Positions 57,463-64,000 of a stretch of DNA of 64,000 nucleotides are shown piece by piece. Positions within the stretch are counted from its first letter, which is position 1, and each line of letters begins with the position of its first letter. Origin of the DNA: Cyanophora paradoxa CCMP329 (taxonomy: Eukaryota; Plantae; Glaucophyta); the NCBI GenBank assembly GCA_004431415.1, contig QPMI01000232.1, positions 1 to 64,000 of the forward strand, written 5' to 3'. Position numbers and translations under genes: made by a program. The notes under the pieces are model-generated. The model saw nothing but the letters and a program-made list of their open reading frames with translations. It had not been told where the DNA came from and ran no database searches.

Positions 57463-60197
57463 ATGGAGCGCGACCCTGCGCCACAGCAGGTGCGCTACTG
57501 AGAGCTGCGGGCCTCGAGGCAGCCAACCGCGCGTCTCGCCGCGAATCCGCGCTGACCTGCGATCCCCGCGCAGCAGCACGATCCTGAGAGATTGCAAACG
57601 CTTGGCCCGCCTCCGAAACGCCACAGATCAAGCGACGCGGACTGCCGCGCAACCGCGCCGCCAGCAGGTGGGAATCGCGGGGCCGGGGCGCGCTGCGCGG
57701 CCGCGTACGCCGATTGTGCCGTCCCCTAGCAGACCATGGCCACTTCTCGCCCACTTCCGAGCCCCCGGGCGAGCCGGTTGCCGCTTCGGAATCCGCCCCG
57801 AGTCAGGACGGCGGCGCAGGTCGGTTGCCGTGGGGCCGCCGCCCTCTCGCAGCTTCCCTGGCCTTATCGCGCCTTTTGCAGCCGAAGCCGAGCCGGCAGG
57901 TCTCCTCGGCCTCCCCGACGCCGTCCTGGCGTCGATACTGGAGCTGCTCGGCCTGCGCGAGGCGTGGCGCGCCCGGGCCGCCTGCCGCCGCCTCCGCGCC
58001 GTGGCGGAGACCGTCGAGTGGTCCGCCATCGAACTGCGCACGCGGAGGCCTGAGAGCGTCTCGGCGCTGGCGGCGCTAGCCCGCGGCGGCGCGCGGCTGC
58101 GGCGGGACGCGGCCGGCGGCCCGCTGCGAGTCTCGCTCGACCTCCGGCGCGAGGCGCTGGAGGAAGGTGGCATTCGTCCCTCGGCCTCGCAGGTTCGAGC
58201 TCGATTCTGAACCGAGAATTCGATCCGCGTCAAAATTTGATCGCGCCCGGACTCGATCCAGGAGCACGAGCTCTCGGTCGTGTCGGAGGCTCTCCTCTTC
58301 GCCTGCGCCCTCGCCGCCCGCCCGCGCGACGTCCGGGTGCAGCGGGCGCCCCTACCCCCCCGCGACCTCGAGCGCCTCGTCACCGGCTCGCTGGCCGCCC
58401 TCGCGGGGGGTACCGCCGCCCCCTGCCTCGCGTCCCTCCGGCTCGAGTCCTCGTGCCGCCCGACGGGCGGGGCCACCGCCTGCGCCCTGGACGCGCCCCA
58501 CGCGGAGTTCGGATCCCGGCTGGCCCCCTTTTCGGCCCTGGGGACCCTCGCCCTGCCCCGCGGGGCCCTCGTGGGGCCCTTAGCCGCCGCCGCCATCGCC
58601 TCCGCCTGCCCCCGCCTCTCCTCTCTCTCCCTCTGCCTCCTAGGAGCCGCCTCCCTCGCCGCCCTCGCGGAGCTCCCGTCGCTATCGAGCCTCGAGGTCC
58701 TCCCGGGGGCCGGCGACGCCGTCCTCTCCGAGGTCCGAATCGCGTACCCCGCGCCCGGCCCTGCCCTGACCGCTGCTTTGTCAGATCCTGTACCCCGGGC
58801 TGGACCGCTTCACGGTTGGGCCCGCCGGACGCTCCCTGCGCGCCCTCCGCGTCGCGTACGTACCCCCCCACGCCTCCTTGACATTCTACCCAGCTCCAAC
58901 CCCGGGCAGGAGCGACGGCCGAGGGGGGGTTGAGGCGCCTGGGGACGTCCTCCGTGCCCTCGCGCGGGCCCGCAGCCTCCAGGACATCGATTTGGACATC
59001 CTTCTGCGGGTCTGAATCCCGTACCCCGTTCCGCTCGATCTCCGCGTCACTTGTACCCCCACTCAGATCCCGGTGGATTCGGGGGCATCCTCGCCCCTTG
59101 CATCCCTGGCCGCCCTCCCCGCCCTGCGGCGCCTCGCACTCCGCCTGCGCCTCCGCGACCGGTGCGGTACCGTACCCCCCAGCCTGCCCGGCTCCGCGCC
59201 TCGGCCCCGCGCGCTCAGGCCGCCGCTTCCGCGCAGGGACGGGGCGCACCTGGCGGGCTTGGCTGCCCTCGCCCGCGCCGCCCCCGCGCTCTCGGCCCTC
59301 GACCTCGCCCTCGGTGCCCCGTACCCCTCTCTTTGTCCTTCCCCTCGCTGATTCCTCGCACCCCACCCCGCAGAGGCCGCCCCCGACCTCTCCTGGGACG
59401 GCGTGCGCCCTCCTCGTCCTCCGCCCCCCCGCCCCTCTCCCCTCTAACGCGTACCCCCGCTCGCCTTGCCCCCCAGGTGGACGACGAAGCGCTGTCGGCG
59501 CTGCTGGAGGCCGCTCGGCTCTCCCTCCGCCACTTCGAGACGCAGTGAGCCCCGAGCCGCCCCGACGCGCGCCCGCCCGCCCGCCCAGGCCGTCCCCCTG
59601 AGCGAGTCCTGCCCCTCCCCCCCGAAGGTACTTCCCGGCGCTCATGCCGCACGAGGCGGATGCCCTCGCACAGGTACCCCCGCGGCCCTTCTCCCCCCGG
59701 GCCTGTTTTCGAGTTCGTACCCCCCTCCCCCAGATCGGGCCCCAGCTCGAGTCCGCGTGCATCGGGCACCACATCCTCGACGAGGATGACCCCGAGCCGT
59801 CCGCGTGCCCCCTCCCGGATCGACGTACCCTCTTTTAGCTGAGTCGGGGTACAGGTACGGGGCGCTGCGGCCGCTGGCGGAGCGGTTGCCGCGGGGGGCG
59901 CTGCGGGTCGAGCCGGTCCTCCAGCGCCAGGTTCGAGTCCCTGTCGATCCCTTTCTGCGCCCCGGCGTCCTGATCTTGCGGGCAGCTGCCGGGGCGGCCG
60001 GGGGAGGCGAGCCGCGTGAGCTCGCACGCGCGGCGGCGGCTGCCGCGCCTCCTTCCCACCGCCAAAGTGTCATTCACGTACGCCTGAGCCGCGCCGAGCG
60101 CTAGCGCGCCGGGCGCCCCCTAGCGCACGCCTCTGACGGTGCGACGCGCCGCGGACGAGCTAGAATGCCCCTCATCGTGAACCTCGGCCTCCGATGA
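57463..60197 (+). CDS. F-box / leucine-rich-repeat protein
   Basis: F-box LLGLPDAVLASILELLGLREAWRARAACRRLRAVA (~57900-58005). LRR motifs CPRLSSLSL, LPSLSSLEV, LPALRRLAL and APALSALDL. Spliced start MERDPAPQQ and end FTMPLIVNLGLR*. Confidence 0.82.
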
Positions 60198-60393
60198 ATT
60201 CCAAGTCCCTCGAGCCCGCCCGCCCGCCCGCTTCGCACTAGCTACGCAAGAGGGGCAACCCGAAGCTTGAAGCTAGAAGCGCGAATAGTGTACATGTACA
60301 AATGCAGTAGTCGTTTCACAACTAAACATGACAGCTCATTGATCATGAGTGTTCGCCGACCTGCACATGGACAGCTATAGCGCGATCTCGCGC

Positions 60394-60708
60394 TCACATC
60401 TCCTTGTCGGAAGCGTACGCGGCCTGTACGATGGCGCGTTTCGTCAGGAGATGAAGTGATGCAAGGTCGCAATCTAATCTGGGCCGCACCTCGCCGGCCT
60501 GGGCTTGGAGGATCTCGTCGACCTCAGCAGCAAGGACATCTGGATCGCTGCCGCCGGCGAAGAGACCGTCGGGGAGTGCAGCCGTTGGCGCCTCGAGTTC
60601 GCCATCGAACTGGGCCAGGAGCGCGGGATCGATCTCCTCCTGCGCGAGGCGCTGCTCGTCGGAGTCCAACTGCCCCGCGCTCGTGCCGCCTCTGCCGCCT
60701 TTGCCCAT
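60394..60708 (-). CDS. Small acidic hypothetical protein (104 aa)
   Basis: ATG-initiated ORF with protein-like composition (EEIDPALLAQFDGELE...LAAEVDEILQ), divergent from the next gene. No family recognised. Confidence 0.35.
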   Translation of the reverse strand: MGKGGRGGTSAGQLDSDEQRLAQEEIDPALLAQFDGELEAPTAALPDGLFAGGSDPDVLAAEVDEILQAQAGEVRPRLDCDLASLHLLTKRAIVQAAYASDKEM

Positions 60709-60773
60709 TGTGGAAGTGTCGAGGCTATCGTACCCCTCCAGCGGTCGACGTCGACTCGACGACGCTCGACGCG

Positions 60774-62631
60774 ATGGGCTTGCACGACGCCCTCAGCTGC
60801 TGGAATTGCCTGGGCTTGCGAAGCACGCGTGTTGATGTCGAAAGAGCCGCGGGACCAGAGTCGCAGGCCGTGCTGCGCGGGTGCGCGCGAGAACCACATT
60901 TCGACGCGCGGGCGCGCCGCGCGCCGCTGCTTACGCATTGCGGCGCAGACTTGAGGTGAATTTGCGCAAGTTGGACGACGCGCAGGTGCCGGAATGCCAC
61001 AAAAAACCAGCTTTGCATGTGGCTGCGAACACCGCGCCGCCGGCGGACGCCGCCGCGCTCCCCAGCGAGCTTTTAGAAATCATTTTTGAGCATCTGGGCG
61101 CCCGCGCTCTCGCCGCCGCGGCCGGCGTCTGCCGCAACTGGCGCCGCTCAGCGACGAGCGACGCGCTCTGGTACAAGCTCTTCGCGCGCTCGGCTCTCCG
61201 CGCCGTCTCGAGCTCCTCTCGCGTTCGGCTCTCCGCTCCGCCGTTCGCCGAGCCGCAGAGACCCTGGTTCCGCACCTACCTCGTCTGCTCAGGTCCGCCC
61301 TAGGCCCCGCCGCCGCGCCGGCGATGCCGAGGTCGCTCGCCCGACGCGGTCGGATGCGAACACGCAGGAGCCCGTGCAAAGATGGAGTCAGCGTTCGACG
61401 AAGCGATCGGGCGGGAGCGCGGGCGCCGCCGCGCGGCCGTGGAGCGGCTGCTGCGGCTCGTCATCGCCGAGCACATGCGCGCGCAGCTGCTTCAGGTGCA
61501 TTCCGCCCCGCCCCGCCTCGATTTCAAATTTTGAATCTAAATTCGAATTTGATCCGCGCGGGCGCAGGAGTGCCGCGTCTACGCGGAGGACGGCCTCGCA
61601 GAAGCGCTGGCCGCCCTCGCCGCCCGCACTTTCTACGTCCCGTCGTCGATCTCCGCGCGGCGCGCCTGCTTCTCCCGACTCTACCCGCCATGTTTTGCGC
61701 GGGCGCTGACGGGCGGCGCGCGCGCGCGAGTAGGCACGGGCACCGGCGCGTCGGCCTACCAACTGCAACGTGGACCCACTCCGTGACCCTGGTACCCTTG
61801 CTCATCCTCATCCCCCTTTCTGCCGCGCTCCGTTCACCCGCTCGATCCGCAGGAACTCGCCATCGTCTGCTTCGACGGGTCGGTCGCCCGCCTGCGGTGC
61901 GAACGGAGTACCCCCGATTCACCCGCCCCCCACACCTCTGCGTCGCTTTACCCCCCGCCAGGCTCGCCTACGAAGAGGCGTGCCGCGTCACGGACCTCGC
62001 AATGCAGCGCACCGTCTTGGCCCTGCTGGTACCCCCCTCCGCCTCGTTCCCCGTTGACGGGCCCTCAAGAAAACCGCGGCCCAGGTTGGCGGGCGCCGCT
62101 TCGTCCTGCGAGTTGCCCTCGGAGACGACTCGGCGCGGGTTGAGAACGGGGCCGCATGCGCGGTGTGGTCTCTCCGCCCCGCCCCGCCCCGCCCCGCCCC
62201 GCCCGCTATCCTCTGAAGCTTAGACCGATCGACGGGGCGCGCAGGCCGCGATGCGCGCCGCGGGGCTGCCCGATTCGGGACCCCTTCGCCAGGAAGAGTT
62301 CGGTGCGCTCCTCCCCCCCCAGCCCGCCCGGGCACGTCCCGCGCTCACGCAGCCGGTACTTGTACCCTCTCCCTCGCAGCCGAGTTCCTCCTTGCGGCGG
62401 CCTCCATCGCGAGGGGTACATGCTGCTGCCGAGCCTCCGACGCCCTCATGCAGCCCCTGATACCCGAGGTCCGATCCGCCCGGGAGCCGTTAAAAGGCCC
62501 CGCCCGGATTCGAAACCGCTTCGTTCCTCGCAGGTGTACGCGGACTTTCTGGTGCAGCAGCGCTCGGCCCTTGAATCCGCGCGGCCCCTTCTCTGCCCCC
62601 CGGGCGGTGGGCCTACCCCTCGCCGCCCTGC

Positions 62632-62665
<34 letters not shown>

Positions 62666-64000
62666 ACCTGTTCCGTTTCAGCCGGGGACGGGGACGACGA
62701 GGAGGCCGTCGGGGGCGGCTCCGAGGACATCGGCATTGAGAGCAGGTGCGAAGAGCAGTTCGAAGGCACTTCTGCTCGGTTGCTCGTCGCTTTTCCGCGT
62801 GCGTTCTCGGGTCTGACGCCCGCCGCGCGGGCAGCCGGGGGCCGTGGGACCCCTCCCGGCGCGCCGTCTCCCTGGGCTTCTCCGTCTCCCTCCTCCAGGC
62901 TCGCCGTGGCCCCTTACTCCCCGCTTTGCCCCTCATTCATGATCGCTGGCCTCGTGACAGCCCCCTCGCCCCCCGCAGAACGAGGCGCGGCGGCTCTGGC
63001 TGCTGGACATGGCCCGCGTCCGCCTCGTCCCGCGCCTCGCCGACCCCGCGTGCGCCCACCCCGCCCCCGCCCCCGCCCCTGCCTCCGCTGCCACCCCTCG
63101 CCTTCGTTCCGACGCGGTTGGGATGGGCGTGCGCAGGGCGCAGGAGGAGGTGCTGCGGCTCGCGGAGAGCACGTACTTCATCTGCGCCCAGTGCGTCCGA
63201 GCTGAGCTAAGAGAAACTACGACGTAGCCGAGCCAAGCTAAGAAAAACCACGCCAAGCTTAGCCGCCAATGAATTCAGATACGCCACTGCGTCCAGCGCC
63301 CCAACGAGATCTTCCGCCCTACGCACTCGCCCACGCCCAGCGGCCCCTGCGCCCCGCTCTCACTTGCAGTCGTCCCGCCCTCGCTCGCGCAGGAACGCGG
63401 AGGGGCGGCTGGGGGGCTCGCGGCTGCAAGTGGCGGAGGGGGAGGCCGGCGTCCTCGAGGGCCCCTCCCGCTCCCTCTCCTACCGCTTCGCCGTCCACGC
63501 CCTCCAGGTGGGCCCCCAGCGAGTCTGCACTTCCCTTACAGAGCTATCTTTAGAGCTTAGAGCTTCTCGGGGGGGTCCCAAGAGCTTCACAGAGAGCTTA
63601 GAGCTTAGAGCTTAGAGCTAAGAGCTCCTCTTAGCTACCTTAGAGCTACCTTCCCTTCAGAAAGACTTGGAGAGAGCTCTCTTAGAGCTAAGAGCTCCTC
63701 TTAGCTACCTTAGAGCTGCCTTCCCTTCAGAAAGACTTACTGAGAGCTCTCTTAGAGCTTAGAGCTTCTCTTAGCTATCTAAGATCTAGAGCTACCTTCC
63801 TTAGCGCTATTATATTTTTTAGGGCCGGGCTATCAGTCCACTCCAGGCACCACTCTAGATAGGGCAATCTTCGCGATCGCTCTCGCCCCTCCTCGCGCCG
63901 TGCTGACCCCTTGCCCCGCCTCGCTTGCGCAGGGCGGGGGCATCGCGGAGGGCGCTGGGCGAGTCGGGGCGCTAGGACGCGGCTGGGGCGCGCGGGTGCT
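60774..64000 (+). CDS. F-box protein, multi-exon, probably continuing past the window end
   Basis: MGLHDALSC...LRG|LEVNL...LPSELLEIIFEHLGARALAAAAGVCRNWRRSATSDALWYKLF is a canonical F-box. Many further splice-flanked exons follow, up to an acceptor at ~63932. Confidence 0.75.
63535..63805. repeat. Intronic (TTAGAGC)-derived low-complexity repeat with a ~70-bp higher period
   Basis: TTAGAGC runs at ~63550 and 63598-63618. TTAGAGCT.AGAGCT.CTCTTAGCTA recurs at 63612, 63682 and 63752. Confidence 0.8.

Overview
This is GC-rich eukaryotic (protist or algal) nuclear DNA with many short spliceosomal introns (GTGCGC/GTCCG donors, CTGAC/CTCAC branch-like motifs, (C)GCAG acceptors). The style recalls the glaucophyte Cyanophora, but that is only an impression. 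Layout: (1) 1-15611 holds three head-to-tail copies of a ~5.2-kb unit containing host gene pieces, BTB pseudo-exons and a decayed DIRS/Ngaro-type tyrosine recombinase. (2) ~16.0-33.0 kb is a hierarchical satellite of ~87 hairpin-rich 133-134-bp monomers and two spacer types, forming a 3-4-kb higher-order repeat. (3) 35-64 kb is gene-rich: a 21-exon all-phase-0 repeat-peptide gene, two inverted BTB + CHORD-like zinc-finger paralogues, a TPR/coiled-coil/CCCH gene, an ERICH2-like gene, two F-box genes and small retroposon insertions. The two strongest unusual signals are (a) a pervasive +6-bp '3-mer / reverse complement / 3-mer' (X-X'-X) micro-insertion process, shown by at least 11 paralogue comparisons, and (b) a multicore precursor-like gene in which every core peptide is split by a phase-0 intron, so three cores read YGGFM only after splicing. 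All gene models were derived by eye and need RNA-seq confirmation. Most long GC-rich ORFs in the supplied track are spurious.
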